In this document: positions 9,384 through 18,921 of the stretch, one piece after another | How the letters are laid out: every line of letters begins with the position of its first letter | Numbering within the stretch: position 1 is the stretch's first letter | Assembly (NCBI GenBank): GCA_964446735.1 | Contig: CAYUQB010000001.1 | Coordinates: 444,460-508,459 of the forward strand | Length of the DNA: 64,000 nt | From: an uncultured Candidatus Saccharibacteria bacterium | Lineage (GTDB): Bacteria; Patescibacteriota; Minisyncoccia; Phycocordibacterales; Phycocordibacteraceae | Direction of reading: 5' to 3' | Notes under the pieces: generated by a model | What the model was told of the DNA's origin: nothing | The model's input: only the letters and a program-made list of their open reading frames with translations | The model's database searches: none | Translations under genes and position numbers: made by a program

Positions 9384-9806
9384 ATGGTAGATCTTACAGC
9401 GCTCGAAACAGAGGCGAAGACGTTCGTTCGATCACTCACCCCTGCACGGACCGCAACCCTGGTGACGCTTTCTGGAGAACTTGGGGCAGGCAAAACTACA
9501 TTTACCCAGGCGGTGGCGAAAGCCGTCGGCATCGCGGAAGCGGTCACGAGTCCTACCTTTGTACTCGAGAAGATATATGAACTTCCAGCCGGACAAGTAT
9601 TTGAGCGTTTGGTACACATAGACGCGTATCGGCTTTCTGGTGGAGAGGAGCTTTCCGCACTGGGATTCTCTGAACTCATGTATGATCCAGGGAATCTGAT
9701 CGTACTTGAGTGGCCTGAAAAGGTAGCGGACACACTTCCTACTCCCACGATTGCCATAACGCTCACCGTGAATCCTGACGGGTCACGCACCCTTTCCTAT
9801 GCCTAA
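9384..9806 (+). CDS. tsaE: tRNA threonylcarbamoyladenosine biosynthesis ATPase TsaE (YjeE)
   Basis: LSGELGAGKTTFTQAVAKAVG...VTSPTFVLEKIYE...HIDAYRL is the TsaE signature. Confidence 0.75.
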   Translation: MVDLTALETEAKTFVRSLTPARTATLVTLSGELGAGKTTFTQAVAKAVGIAEAVTSPTFVLEKIYELPAGQVFERLVHIDAYRLSGGEELSALGFSELMYDPGNLIVLEWPEKVADTLPTPTIAITLTVNPDGSRTLSYA

Positions 9807-12189
9807 GACAACCAACAAGAAACGTCTCGTTATTCTGGACTCGCACGCGATCATTCATCGTGCGTATCACGCACTTCCTGACTTTACTGGACCGGATGGT
9901 CAACCCACGGGTGCGCTATACGGGCTGGCATCTATGTTGCTGCGCATTTTTGGGGACCTGAAGCCTGACTATATTGCTGCAGCATATGATCTTGCCGGTC
10001 CCACCGTGCGGCATGAAGCGTATGCGGAATACAAGGGAACCAGAAGCAAGACTGATGATGCGCTTATCGCCCAACTCACCACGTCGCGTGATGTCTTTGC
10101 TGCGTTCTCGGTCCCCATTTACGAGCGTGAGGGATTTGAGGCTGACGACATCATCGGCACCGTAACGAAACTGCTTGAGAAGGAGAAAGAACTCGAAATA
10201 GTAATTGCATCTGGTGACATGGATACGATGCAGCTCATCGATGGCAAGCGCGTGCAGGTGTATACCCTAAAGAAAGGACTCAACGACACTATTCTGTACG
10301 ACGAAGCCGCGGTACAGGAACGCTACGGATTCCCTCCAGAACTGATTCCCGACTATAAGGGTCTACGAGGCGACCCTTCGGACAACATTAAGGGTGTTCC
10401 CGGTATCGGCGAAAAGACCGCAACGGAGTTAGTTGCGAATTTTGGAACCATAGAATCGCTGTATGAAACTATTGCAAAGAATGAACAGGCACTCCTTGCG
10501 AAAGGAATCAAGCCACGGATTGTAAATCTTCTGAAGGAGCACGAAGAAGACGCGCGATTTTCAAAAGCGATTGCGACTATTCGCACGGATGCACGCATTG
10601 CATACGCACTTCCCAAAGAATGTTGGCTCGACCAAGTCTCTCTTCCGCGCGTTCTCGCGCTCTTTGATGAGCTCGGATTTCGGTCGCTTCGTGGTAGAGC
10701 GCAAACACTTATGGGTGGAGATGGAACCGAGGACGAGACGTATGAGGAAGCGGCTGCTGAAGCTGACATTGCACCTGCACGTCTTGAAGAAGCGAAAGTC
10801 ATGCTGTGGCTCCTGTGCTCTGACTTCACCAATCCAAATCTCGAGGACGTGCTCGGATATACGCGAACACAAACGTTTGATGAGGCGCACGCCGAACTTA
10901 CGCGACTTGTGGCAGAGACGGGACGACTCCAGAAAGTGTACGAAGACATCGAACATCCACTCATTGCGCTCATCGAAGCGATGAAGCAGCACGGAGTACT
11001 TATAGACCGAAACGTACTCAGCACACTTTCGAAGGAGTACCATGCGGATCTGGAAAAGATAGAAGCCCGGATATATGCGGCGGCAGGGCACGAATTCAAT
11101 ATCGCGTCACCCAAACAACTTGGCGATGTGCTGTTCGATGAACTTGAGCTCAAGGTTCCAGGAGCCAAGACCCAGAAGAAGACCGCGACCGGACAACGCT
11201 CAACTAAAGAGTCCGAGCTTGAGAAACTGCAGGACCTGCATCCTATTATCGGCGACATCCTCGAATACAGAGGTTTGGCAAAACTTCTTTCTACCTACAT
11301 TGATAACTTGCCGACTCTCCTAGACGATAAGGATCGATTGCATCCGCAGTTCCTCCAGTATGGAGCGGTCACGGGTCGTATGGCGAGTACAAATCCGGGA
11401 CTTCAGAACATCCCAATACGCACTGAACGGGGCCGGGCGATCCGAAACGCCTTCATCGCGCCTCCTGGGTACACACTCCTCGATCTCGACTACTCACAGA
11501 TTGAGCTACGCATTGCCGCAATCCTTTCGAAGGATGAAAAGCTCATTGGGATATTCAAATCTGGACGTGATGTACATCGCGAAGTTGCAGCTGCAGTTTT
11601 TGATGTCGCTCCGGAAACGGTGGACGCTGAGATGCGTCGACGAGCCAAAATTATCAACTTCGGCATTCTCTATGGCATGGGTGTGAATGCGCTCAAAACC
11701 CAACTTGGGACCTCTATGGCTGACGCCCACCGATTCTATGATGACTATTTCGCGACGTTCTCAACGCTCGCAAAATATCTAGAGTCGACTCGAGGGTTTG
11801 CCCGAAAAAACGGCTTCACTGAGACACTCTTTGGTCGCCGTCGTCAGTTTCCGGAAATGAAGTCTCCGCTCCCGTACGTTCGCGCGCAGGCCGAGCGCAT
11901 GGCTATTAATGCGCCGATTCAGGGAACCCAGGCAGACATTATTAAACTCGCCATGGTGCGGATCGATGAAATGCTTGTCGCTGAGAATCTTCGAGACGAG
12001 ACCCATCTTCTCCTCCAGGTGCATGACGAACTGGTATATGAAGTAGCGGAAGAGCGGCTTTCCATGCTTGCACCGAAAATTAAGAACATCATGGAAACGG
12101 TTCTTTCTGAAGATCAGACCGAGGGGGTACCGATCATAGCTGAAATGAAGGTAGGAAAGTCGTGGGGAAGTGCACAACCACTTGTCTGA
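9799..12189 (+). CDS. polA: DNA polymerase I (5'-3' exonuclease plus polymerase domains)
   Basis: N-terminal 5'-nuclease (LILDSHAIIHRAYHAL, GVPGIGEKTA). C-terminal pol A motifs (DYSQIELRIAA, RRRAKIINFGILYGM, QVHDELVYE). Confidence 0.9.
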   Translation: MPKTTNKKRLVILDSHAIIHRAYHALPDFTGPDGQPTGALYGLASMLLRIFGDLKPDYIAAAYDLAGPTVRHEAYAEYKGTRSKTDDALIAQLTTSRDVFAAFSVPIYEREGFEADDIIGTVTKLLEKEKELEIVIASGDMDTMQLIDGKRVQVYTLKKGLNDTILYDEAAVQERYGFPPELIPDYKGLRGDPSDNIKGVPGIGEKTATELVANFGTIESLYETIAKNEQALLAKGIKPRIVNLLKEHEEDARFSKAIATIRTDARIAYALPKECWLDQVSLPRVLALFDELGFRSLRGRAQTLMGGDGTEDETYEEAAAEADIAPARLEEAKVMLWLLCSDFTNPNLEDVLGYTRTQTFDEAHAELTRLVAETGRLQKVYEDIEHPLIALIEAMKQHGVLIDRNVLSTLSKEYHADLEKIEARIYAAAGHEFNIASPKQLGDVLFDELELKVPGAKTQKKTATGQRSTKESELEKLQDLHPIIGDILEYRGLAKLLSTYIDNLPTLLDDKDRLHPQFLQYGAVTGRMASTNPGLQNIPIRTERGRAIRNAFIAPPGYTLLDLDYSQIELRIAAILSKDEKLIGIFKSGRDVHREVAAAVFDVAPETVDAEMRRRAKIINFGILYGMGVNALKTQLGTSMADAHRFYDDYFATFSTLAKYLESTRGFARKNGFTETLFGRRRQFPEMKSPLPYVRAQAERMAINAPIQGTQADIIKLAMVRIDEMLVAENLRDETHLLLQVHDELVYEVAEERLSMLAPKIKNIMETVLSEDQTEGVPIIAEMKVGKSWGSAQPLV

Positions 12190-12491
12190 TACGGGGGTGA
12201 AATAGGATACTAGAGCTAGGCTCGTGGTGAGTCGGGGAGTCACAGTCATGAGTGCACAGGGCGCTAATCACCAAGGTCGTTCGTCGAACAGCTACCGTTC
12301 TAGCGGAGCTGCCAGGGTTCTGGTTCCGCTTCTCATATCACTCGCCATGTGGGCGTTCATCCTCCTCGGGCTTTCGGGCCTCTGGATGAAAAGCTTCGGT
12401 GGGTGACGCCATAGATCTTCAGGTAACCAGCTCTCGTTGCGAGCGTCCGTGTCCCGGGCGCTCCGCATCTTTTAGCGATACACTATCTCCT

Positions 12492-13142
12492 ATGATTTAT
12501 CTCTTTCACGGCACCGATGTCGAGAAAGTACGAGCGAAGGCATTTGGGTGGGTGGCAGCTGCACGCGCTAAAGCGCCTGATGCACCCTATATTCGGCTTT
12601 CGGCCGACGTGATCACACCAGAGGCACTCGATGAAGTAGTGCAATCGCAGGGACTCTTTTTCTCAAAGATGCTCGTACTCCTTGATGATCCGTTTTCGCT
12701 TACGGAAACTGGCGAGCTGATACTCCAAAAACTACCGGTCCTACAAGAGTCAGCTAATCCAATTGCCATTCTTTCTCCGAAACTTCTTGCTGCACGGATC
12801 AAGAAGCTTGAGGTTGTGGCGGAGAAGGTTTTTGTGTTTGACGCAAAAGAGAAGAAACCAACACGAGGGTTCAACGCGTCCTTGGTAAATGCGCTCGCAG
12901 CGCGCGATCGCGCGGCACTCTGGAAAGAATTACAGAAAGCAGAGCGTGCAGGAGACGCTCCAGAAATGCTCCATGGACTGCTTCACTGGAAGGCACGTGA
13001 TCTTATGCAAAAGGGAGGGAAGGGATGGGACACGGAAGAGGCCCGAGTGCTTTCCCGTTCTCTCATCGAGCTCCTGTCTGATTCTCGAAGCGGCGATCTT
13101 CCGCTCTCGCTTCAGTTAGAGCGATTTGTGCTCTCCGTATGA
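12492..13142 (+). CDS. holA: DNA polymerase III delta subunit-like (HolA-like), short
   Basis: Starts MIYLFHGTD... (compare the canonical MIYLLYGED). Low-complexity alpha-helical C-terminus. Only 216 aa. Confidence 0.5.
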   Translation: MIYLFHGTDVEKVRAKAFGWVAAARAKAPDAPYIRLSADVITPEALDEVVQSQGLFFSKMLVLLDDPFSLTETGELILQKLPVLQESANPIAILSPKLLAARIKKLEVVAEKVFVFDAKEKKPTRGFNASLVNALAARDRAALWKELQKAERAGDAPEMLHGLLHWKARDLMQKGGKGWDTEEARVLSRSLIELLSDSRSGDLPLSLQLERFVLSV

Positions 13143-13606
13143 TTTTTCGAACAGCACCGGAAGATTTTAATAAGCGATTCGATGTTGTGGGTTGTTACAT
13201 TCTCTGTGACGATTCCTTTCTCCTCCTGCATCGTCATGAGCATAAAACGAGTGGAGACACATGGGGGTTGCCTGCTGGGAAAGTCGACGAAGGCGAGGAA
13301 CTGAAAGAGGCACTACTTCGGGAAGTGAAAGAGGAAACGGGAATTGCTTTTGCACCTGACGAAGTCGAGTATTTCGATTCAGTGTTTCTTCGCGATGGAA
13401 ATTTCGATATGGGCTGGCATATGTTCTCAATCAGAGTCCCCGAACGTCCGGAAGTAGTTATTGATCCGTATGAGCACCTTGAATACCGGTGGGTCTCCCT
13501 AGCTCAAGCGGGGGAGATGAACCTCATCCATGATCTCGCAGAATCAAATGAGATGTTTTTTAATTTGTCCGCCCGCCTGGGCTCGAACCAGGGACCGTCT
13601 CCTTAA
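13139..13606 (+). CDS. NUDIX hydrolase
   Basis: Nudix box GLPAGKVDEGEELKEALLREVKEETGI. Confidence 0.8.
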   Translation: MIFRTAPEDFNKRFDVVGCYILCDDSFLLLHRHEHKTSGDTWGLPAGKVDEGEELKEALLREVKEETGIAFAPDEVEYFDSVFLRDGNFDMGWHMFSIRVPERPEVVIDPYEHLEYRWVSLAQAGEMNLIHDLAESNEMFFNLSARLGSNQGPSP

Positions 13607-13640
13607 AAGGGAGCTGCTCTACCGACTGAGCTACGGGCGG
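13568..13640 (-). tRNA. tRNA-Lys (anticodon TTT)
   Basis: Reverse complement folds as CCGCCCG/TA/GCTCAGTCGGTAGAGC/.../CTTTTAA loop/.../CCTGGTTCGAGCCCAGG/CGGGCGG-A. No encoded CCA. Confidence 0.85.
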
Positions 13641-13689
13641 ATTGTTGCACTCGCAACTTCAACAAACTAGCACTTACTGGACTCCTTTT

Positions 13690-14328
13690 CTAGTACGAGA
13701 ATGAGTCAACGACACGGCCACGTTCGTCGTACAGGGTGATCGTTTCTCGGTCCCGCGCGTACGCGTCAAAGTTTCGGTTTAGGAAGGCACAGTTCGCATC
13801 AGGTTGTTCGCAGAGATTTCGGTAGAAAGAACTATTCTCCGAACCTCTACCACTCACCACATGGAGCTTCTGTCCTCCTGGGAGGGTATACCGCTGGAGC
13901 GGAATCGATGCACCCGTTCGATCGCTTTCGACATACCACCCTTCAATTCGCGCGTCAGCGGTACCACGATTAACTACGGTCACGTATTCTTGGTTCGGAT
14001 TATCAGATGCGGGTCCGAGTGTTGAGTGTTCAAGTGCAACACTTCCTTCAGAACTCGAGATCGCTCCGTCTGTATTTCTGGTGTACGCATTTGGATTGCC
14101 CTGCGAGATGACCGAAGGTGCACCACCGATCTGTTTCGGATAAGACGTGGTGTTGATGGGGTTGGTTGGAACAATGTAGCGGTATCCCTGCGATTCTTCA
14201 CCGGGTCGTGTCACCGGTGTGATGAACGGGCCTGTGGTTGAGATCGGACGCGATGGGCCGCCTGTTGCCACCCAAGCTGCAAAGATGAACACGATAGCCA
14301 TGATGACAAAGAGGGCGTCGGCTTTCAT
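13690..14328 (-). CDS. Membrane-anchored protein with a lamin-tail-like (LTD) domain
   Basis: N-terminal TM segment. The C-terminal EYVTVVNRGTADARIEGWYVESD...GGQKLHVVSGRG...ITLYDERGRVVDSFSY resembles an LTD fold. Confidence 0.5.
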   Translation of the reverse strand: MKADALFVIMAIVFIFAAWVATGGPSRPISTTGPFITPVTRPGEESQGYRYIVPTNPINTTSYPKQIGGAPSVISQGNPNAYTRNTDGAISSSEGSVALEHSTLGPASDNPNQEYVTVVNRGTADARIEGWYVESDRTGASIPLQRYTLPGGQKLHVVSGRGSENSSFYRNLCEQPDANCAFLNRNFDAYARDRETITLYDERGRVVDSFSY

Positions 14329-14344
14329 GGCTCAATGATAGCAA

Positions 14345-15619
14345 TTATTGTCCCAAGAGCTCCAATTCCTCTTTTACTACCTGCGCATCGCTCCACGGCT
14401 CCTTCTTACCGCCCGCCTGCATGATGTAGGGGTCCGTGCCTTTTCCGGTAATGAGTACTGCGTCGCCTGAGTGCGCACGAGCAAGTGCTTCTCGAATGGC
14501 TTCACGCCGATTCATGATGATTGTGGGGGTACGCTTCATGCCGCCCGCCATTGCTGCGAGAATAGCGGACGGGTCCTCATCGTACGGATCCTCGTCGGTG
14601 AGTATCACTTCGTCGCAATAGTCATCGGCAATACGCCCCATCTCCGGACGCTTCCAGGTATCGCGCCCGCCTCCTGTATTTCCGAGCACGCAGATTTTAC
14701 GACGAGATTCATATGCTTCATAGAGCGCAATGAGGGAGTCAGGTGTATGCGCATAGTCCACAATCGCGAGGAAGTCTTGTCCGACCTCAATGCGCTCGGC
14801 ACGCCCCGGAATGCGCGAAAGGGAGGCAAGTGAGCGTTGTATCGTTTGTGGCTTTACCCCCAGAAATTCTCCAGTGCGAATTGCAGCCAGTGCATTCCTG
14901 ATACTGAAGTCTCCGGGTTGCGGTAGGGTGTAGCGCGTCTGATTGTAGGTAAATGACACACCATCAGGAGAAGCAGTGTGGTCGTGCGCGTTGTTGAGTG
15001 AAAAAGGGAGCGACTGTTCGACAGGAAGCGCAAGAAAACGTTTTCCGTATCCGCTATCGGTGTTCGCAATTATAGCTCGCGGTCGTTTGGGAGAGTTGAG
15101 GAGTGCCTGTCCAATGCGGAACTTCGCTGCGAAGTACTTTTCCATGCCACCGTGACTTTCAAGGTGCTCTTTCTCGAGGTTAGTGAAGATGAGCGCGTCC
15201 AGATCAAGGAACAGGTGTCGATATTGCAGGGCCGCTTCGCTCGTGATTTCTATGACCGCGTGCGTCGCTCCCTTCGTTACCGCTTCTCGCAAGAACTTTT
15301 GAATAAAACCGCGTCCCGGCAGTGTCATTTTGAATAGGTTAGGACGCGACTCATTGCCGATTGAGAATCGAATGGTGCTTGATACCGCGACTGTGTGTCC
15401 TTGTGCCGCAAGGATAGCTGCGACCATTTCAGCTACGGACGATTTCCCCTTGGTACCGGTTACACCAACTACTACAAGACTTCGTGCAGGGAAGTGGTAG
15501 TAGAGTGCACTTCCAATAGTCCAGAGTAGGTGGTAGGGCAACAAGAGCGTGCGGTACACGCTGCGCGGGAAGAGTGATTGGAGAAATGACTTGAATGCAC
15601 CCATGCTACCGAGTGGCAC
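14345..15619 (-). CDS. murE: Mur ligase, most likely UDP-N-acetylmuramoyl-L-alanyl-D-glutamate--2,6-diaminopimelate ligase
   Basis: VGVTGTKGKSS P-loop; IVDYAHTPDSL; C-terminal TDEDPYDEDP (compare DNPRSEDP) and GKGTDPY. Confidence 0.6.
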   Translation of the reverse strand: MPLGSMGAFKSFLQSLFPRSVYRTLLLPYHLLWTIGSALYYHFPARSLVVVGVTGTKGKSSVAEMVAAILAAQGHTVAVSSTIRFSIGNESRPNLFKMTLPGRGFIQKFLREAVTKGATHAVIEITSEAALQYRHLFLDLDALIFTNLEKEHLESHGGMEKYFAAKFRIGQALLNSPKRPRAIIANTDSGYGKRFLALPVEQSLPFSLNNAHDHTASPDGVSFTYNQTRYTLPQPGDFSIRNALAAIRTGEFLGVKPQTIQRSLASLSRIPGRAERIEVGQDFLAIVDYAHTPDSLIALYEAYESRRKICVLGNTGGGRDTWKRPEMGRIADDYCDEVILTDEDPYDEDPSAILAAMAGGMKRTPTIIMNRREAIREALARAHSGDAVLITGKGTDPYIMQAGGKKEPWSDAQVVKEELELLGQ

Positions 15620-16157
15620 CAGAAAGGGCTGCTTTCAGTCGCGCATCCTTGCCAGTAATGTCTTTTGGAATTCCGGCGACCGAAGCACGCGCTTCGCGTT
15701 CAGTGTATCCAAGTGCGACCAACGTATCGAATACGTCTGCATCGCCATCATCATGCGAACCGGTCGAGCCAATCTTCTCAGCAAGTTCAACCAGGATTTT
15801 TTCCGCCGCCTTCTTACCCAAACCGGCCACGCGAGTGAGGTATTCGAGATCGCGACTCGCTATAGCGCCAATGAGTGATTCTCTTGGTGCCTTCCGCATG
15901 ATTGAAAGGGCGGTCTTAGGTCCTACGCCAGGCACATGGAGGAGTCGTTCGAAAAAGCGTAGGTCCTCTGACTCTGGGAAGCCATACAACTCAAGTCCGT
16001 CTTGTTTGACGGCCAAATACGTAAAGAGAGTTGCTTCGGATCCTTGCGTAAGGGATTCGGGTGCGGCCATGGCGACAAAGACACCAAAGCCAGCTACCTC
16101 AATCGTTGCTCCGGACGGGTCCACTTCAAGTACGGTCCCTCGTATCTGACGAATCAT
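15606..16157 (-). CDS. ruvA: Holliday junction DNA helicase RuvA
   Basis: MIRQIRGTVLEV...LYGFPESEDLRFFERLLHVPGVGPKTALSIM. Start placed at MIRQIRG. Confidence 0.85.
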   Translation of the reverse strand: MIRQIRGTVLEVDPSGATIEVAGFGVFVAMAAPESLTQGSEATLFTYLAVKQDGLELYGFPESEDLRFFERLLHVPGVGPKTALSIMRKAPRESLIGAIASRDLEYLTRVAGLGKKAAEKILVELAEKIGSTGSHDDGDADVFDTLVALGYTEREARASVAGIPKDITGKDARLKAALSGATR

Positions 16158-16219
16158 ATATAAAGGTATCCTAGCATTCCTTGCGCAGAGGCGGCTCGTA
16201 GCGTAGTATGCGGAACACC

Positions 16220-16486
16220 ATGGCAATTACGAAATCGGCCAAGAAAGCCCATCGCGCGAGCCTCAAGAAGCGCGTTTTTAATGTACGCCGCAAGCGTGTT
16301 CTCACCGATACGACCAAGTCGGTAAAGAAACTCATTGCGACCGACCCTAAGGAGGCAGGAAAGTCTCTTTCCGCTGCCTACCAGGCGATTGATAAGGCGG
16401 CAAAGCGCGGCATCATCAAGAAGAATGCTGCCTCTCGAAAGAAATCGCGTCTCGCACTCGCCATTAAGCGAGCTGAAGGTAAATAG
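16220..16486 (+). CDS. rpsT: 30S ribosomal protein S20
   Basis: MAITKSAKKAHRASLKKRVFNVRRK... Confidence 0.85.
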   Translation: MAITKSAKKAHRASLKKRVFNVRRKRVLTDTTKSVKKLIATDPKEAGKSLSAAYQAIDKAAKRGIIKKNAASRKKSRLALAIKRAEGK

Positions 16487-16516
16487 AAAGAACCGCCCCT
16501 AAGGGCGGTTCTTTCT
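16487..16516 (+). terminator. Terminator hairpin gaaagaaccgccc-ctaa-gggcggttctttc after rpsT
   Basis: Perfect 13-bp stem followed by a T-rich stretch. Confidence 0.5.
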
Positions 16517-16579
16517 ATATGGTGCACTGTATTAGGGTCTACCTCGAACCTTTATGCCCGAGCATCATACAATGGAGGT

Positions 16580-16969
16580 ATGAACAGCAGGTTCTCGCTA
16601 GCTATCAAGCTTCTCGCAATATACTTCTGGTCGTTCACGCCGACTTTTGTTCTGTCCCTTCTCCCCCAAAGGAATACCGCCCTGGGCGAGTTATTCGTTC
16701 GGGATGCTCAGGTTGTAGGCTACCAGTTTGAACTTCTTTTTGCACTCATCTTTTTAGTGTGGGGAGTGTATCTCTGGAAGGCTTCAAGAAATCCAGGAGC
16801 GCATCTGTTTTTCATTGATTTCACTGTCTGGGCCTCCGCTGCTCACTTGCTATGGATGCTACTCATAGCAGCCAGCCAGTCAGCCGATGCAATGCATCTT
16901 CTCAGGGACGCAGTAACCCTTGCGATTCCACTCGGCCTGGTTATTTATTTTAGAGAACAGAAGCGATAA
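16580..16969 (+). CDS. Hypothetical integral membrane protein
   Basis: 129 aa with about four hydrophobic helices. No recognisable motif. Confidence 0.4.
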   Translation: MNSRFSLAIKLLAIYFWSFTPTFVLSLLPQRNTALGELFVRDAQVVGYQFELLFALIFLVWGVYLWKASRNPGAHLFFIDFTVWASAAHLLWMLLIAASQSADAMHLLRDAVTLAIPLGLVIYFREQKR

Positions 16970-17005
16970 ACCTGACCTGGACGCATCCAGGAGTCTTCTT
17001 GTGAC

Positions 17006-17080
17006 TGGTGCTCCCAGCAGGAATCGAACCTGCATTTTCTCCTTCGGAGGGAGATGTCCTGTCCATTGAACGACGGGAGC
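17006..17080 (-). tRNA. tRNA-Arg (anticodon CCG), CCA encoded
   Basis: Reverse complement GCTCCCG-TC-GTTCAATGGACAGGAC-A-TCTCC-CTCCGAA-GGAGA-AAAT-GCAGGTTCGATTCCTGC-TGGGAGC-ACCA. Confidence 0.8.
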
Positions 17081-17102
17081 GTCGTCCCACTCTAGCAATT
17101 TG

Positions 17103-17174
17103 TGCTCTCGGTAGGAATCGAACCTACATTACCAGCTCCGCAAGCTAGCGTCCTATCCATTGAACGACGAGAGC
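17103..17174 (-). tRNA. tRNA, predicted Arg with an apparent GCG anticodon (loop TTGCGGA); isotype less certain
   Basis: Reverse complement GCTCTCG-TC-GTTCAATGGATAGGAC-G-CTAGC-TTGCGGA-GCTGG-TAAT-GTAGGTTCGATTCCTAC-CGAGAGC-A. D and T arms are near-identical to the adjacent tRNA-Arg(CCG). Confidence 0.6.
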
Positions 17175-17216
17175 GAACGTTTCTGACAATACCGTTCTCC
17201 CACCTCCTTCGCAAGC

Positions 17217-17696
17217 TTAGAGTCGCAGAAGACCGATTAGATGATCAAATACTGATTCGTCATGCTTTCCTTCCGGGATGTGCGCGGAGAAGAATTCGTA
17301 GATCTCCACCGGGTCGTGTCCAACGATTGGTATAAGAAGATGCGATGCGAGGAAGTGTTTGGTTTTGATAGAAAGGGAGGGGGGCATCGACTCATCTGCA
17401 TATTCAAGTACCGTAAACGAAAGCATGCTTTCGTACGGATAGAGATTGCGGTCGATGACGACTCCTCGTTCAGTAACGGCAAAATAGTGTTCGCGTGGCC
17501 GCTTCGCTGCTTCGAGCGCGAGCGCTCCCGCTCCCGCCGCGACGACCAACGCGAGAATCACGTTACTGAAAAGAATAGATGCAATAACTCCCGCGACTGC
17601 AATGATACCGAGTGCCCAATACCAATCTGAACCCTTCTCTTCGAAGGAGTATTCATGTCCATTCCATTCCCAAATGACGCCGCGCGGCATATTCAT
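17217..17696 (-). CDS. Hypothetical membrane protein (two TM helices plus a C-terminal bacterial PH-like domain)
   Basis: Hydrophobic segment ALGIIAVAGVIASILFSNVILALVVAAGAGALAL followed by about 90 aa of soluble domain. Confidence 0.35.
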   Translation of the reverse strand: MNMPRGVIWEWNGHEYSFEEKGSDWYWALGIIAVAGVIASILFSNVILALVVAAGAGALALEAAKRPREHYFAVTERGVVIDRNLYPYESMLSFTVLEYADESMPPSLSIKTKHFLASHLLIPIVGHDPVEIYEFFSAHIPEGKHDESVFDHLIGLLRL

Positions 17697-17762
17697 ACAT
17701 CATGATAGCACCGTGAATGGAACACGAGGGACGCTATAAACCAGCGGAGGTATACTCTGCCT

Positions 17763-18872
17763 ATGCGTAAGATTCTGTTTTTGCTTGTCAGCGTCATACT
17801 CCTGCTTCCGTCTGGCGTTTCTGCACAGGAACTTTCAATAGCGCAAGAATACATTGCAAAAGCCAAGGTAGTGGAGGCGTCACCATCACGTACTGAGTAC
17901 ATCCTAGGTACCGAAGTCGAGACCAAAGTTCAGGACATCACCGTTGAGGTTCTCGAAGGGCGTGATATAGGGCTCCGTGCCTCGTTCCGAAATGATTTCA
18001 CGCAGGTGCAGACAGGAGACACTATCTATGTTCGCCATACGGTGAGCCAGTTTGATCCTGAAATGTGGTCAGTTGCCGATCCCTATCGACTCGATGTGTT
18101 GATCGTCATTGCAGTTGTCTTCGTGCTCCTTCTTTTTCTATTCGGTGGTTGGCAGGGAATACGGGGACTTGCGAGTCTTATTGGAAGCTTCGTACTCATT
18201 TTCTATCTCCTTATCCCAAACTTGTATGCTGGCCACTCACCCATATTGGTCTCGCTTGGAGTAGCATCACTCATTATTGTTGTCGGCTCCTACATCACCC
18301 ACGGATTCAATCGCACTACCACTCTTGCGATGTTCGGTATGGTGCTTACGATCATCGTAACGGGAATAGCAACCTATTTCGCCATTGATGCAGCAGAGCT
18401 TTCAGGTTTCACCTCGGAAGAAAATGTATATCTAAACTTCAATACCGGAGGACGTATCGACATGGTTGGACTTCTTTTCGGCGCCATCATGATCGGTCTT
18501 CTGGGCGTTCTTTACGACATCGCCATCGGCCAGGCCGTGACGGTTGAAGAGCTCGTTGCTGCAGGCGCACATTACACTCGCGAACAAGTGTTCGCTCGTG
18601 CTATGCGCGTTGGCCGTGAACACATCGGGGCTCTCGTGAACACACTCGCTATCGCCTATGTTGGTGCAGCGCTACCACTCCTTCTCCTATTCCAGTCATC
18701 CGAAACAAACATTCCACACCTTCTGAACAGTGAGCTATTTGCAACCGAATTGATCCGCATCCTCATGGGAAGTATTGGGTTGGTACTTGCGGTACCGATT
18801 ACCACACTTCTCACCACGTATGCACTATATGGAAAGGAAGTTCAGGGTAGAACGACACATACTCATACGTAA
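17763..18872 (+). CDS. Multi-pass membrane protein with an N-terminal signal peptide and extracytoplasmic domain (YibE/F-like architecture)
   Basis: Signal peptide MRKILFLLVSVILLLPSGVSA, a soluble domain of about 100 aa, then six or more TM helices. Confidence 0.4.
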   Translation: MRKILFLLVSVILLLPSGVSAQELSIAQEYIAKAKVVEASPSRTEYILGTEVETKVQDITVEVLEGRDIGLRASFRNDFTQVQTGDTIYVRHTVSQFDPEMWSVADPYRLDVLIVIAVVFVLLLFLFGGWQGIRGLASLIGSFVLIFYLLIPNLYAGHSPILVSLGVASLIIVVGSYITHGFNRTTTLAMFGMVLTIIVTGIATYFAIDAAELSGFTSEENVYLNFNTGGRIDMVGLLFGAIMIGLLGVLYDIAIGQAVTVEELVAAGAHYTREQVFARAMRVGREHIGALVNTLAIAYVGAALPLLLLFQSSETNIPHLLNSELFATELIRILMGSIGLVLAVPITTLLTTYALYGKEVQGRTTHTHT

Positions 18873-18879
18873 CCAATGT

Positions 18880-18910
18880 TATACTATTGCAAATAATTTG
18901 CGTTAGCAAT
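18880..18910 (+). promoter_or_regulatory. Putative -10 element (TATACT) overlapping palindromic Fur/Zur-type operators upstream of zur
   Basis: TATACT at 18880-18885; GCAAAT-A-ATTTGC at 18889-18901; ATTGC-GTTA-GCAAT at 18897-18910. Confidence 0.4.
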
Positions 18911-18921
18911 ATGATGCCTTC

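Noticed and set aside
10353-11258. 301 aa and 176 aa minus-strand ORFs inside polA
   Set aside because: They are antisense to a well-supported Pol I gene and Ser-rich with low complexity. Spurious.
12190-12491. tmRNA / SRP RNA / RNase P RNA in the polA-holA spacer
   Set aside because: Looked for the GGGG...CCACCA tRNA-like ends, a GGTTCGA-type T-arm, the SRP domain IV GGAAG..AGCAG motif and RNase P GGAAAGTCCGGGCTCC. None found.
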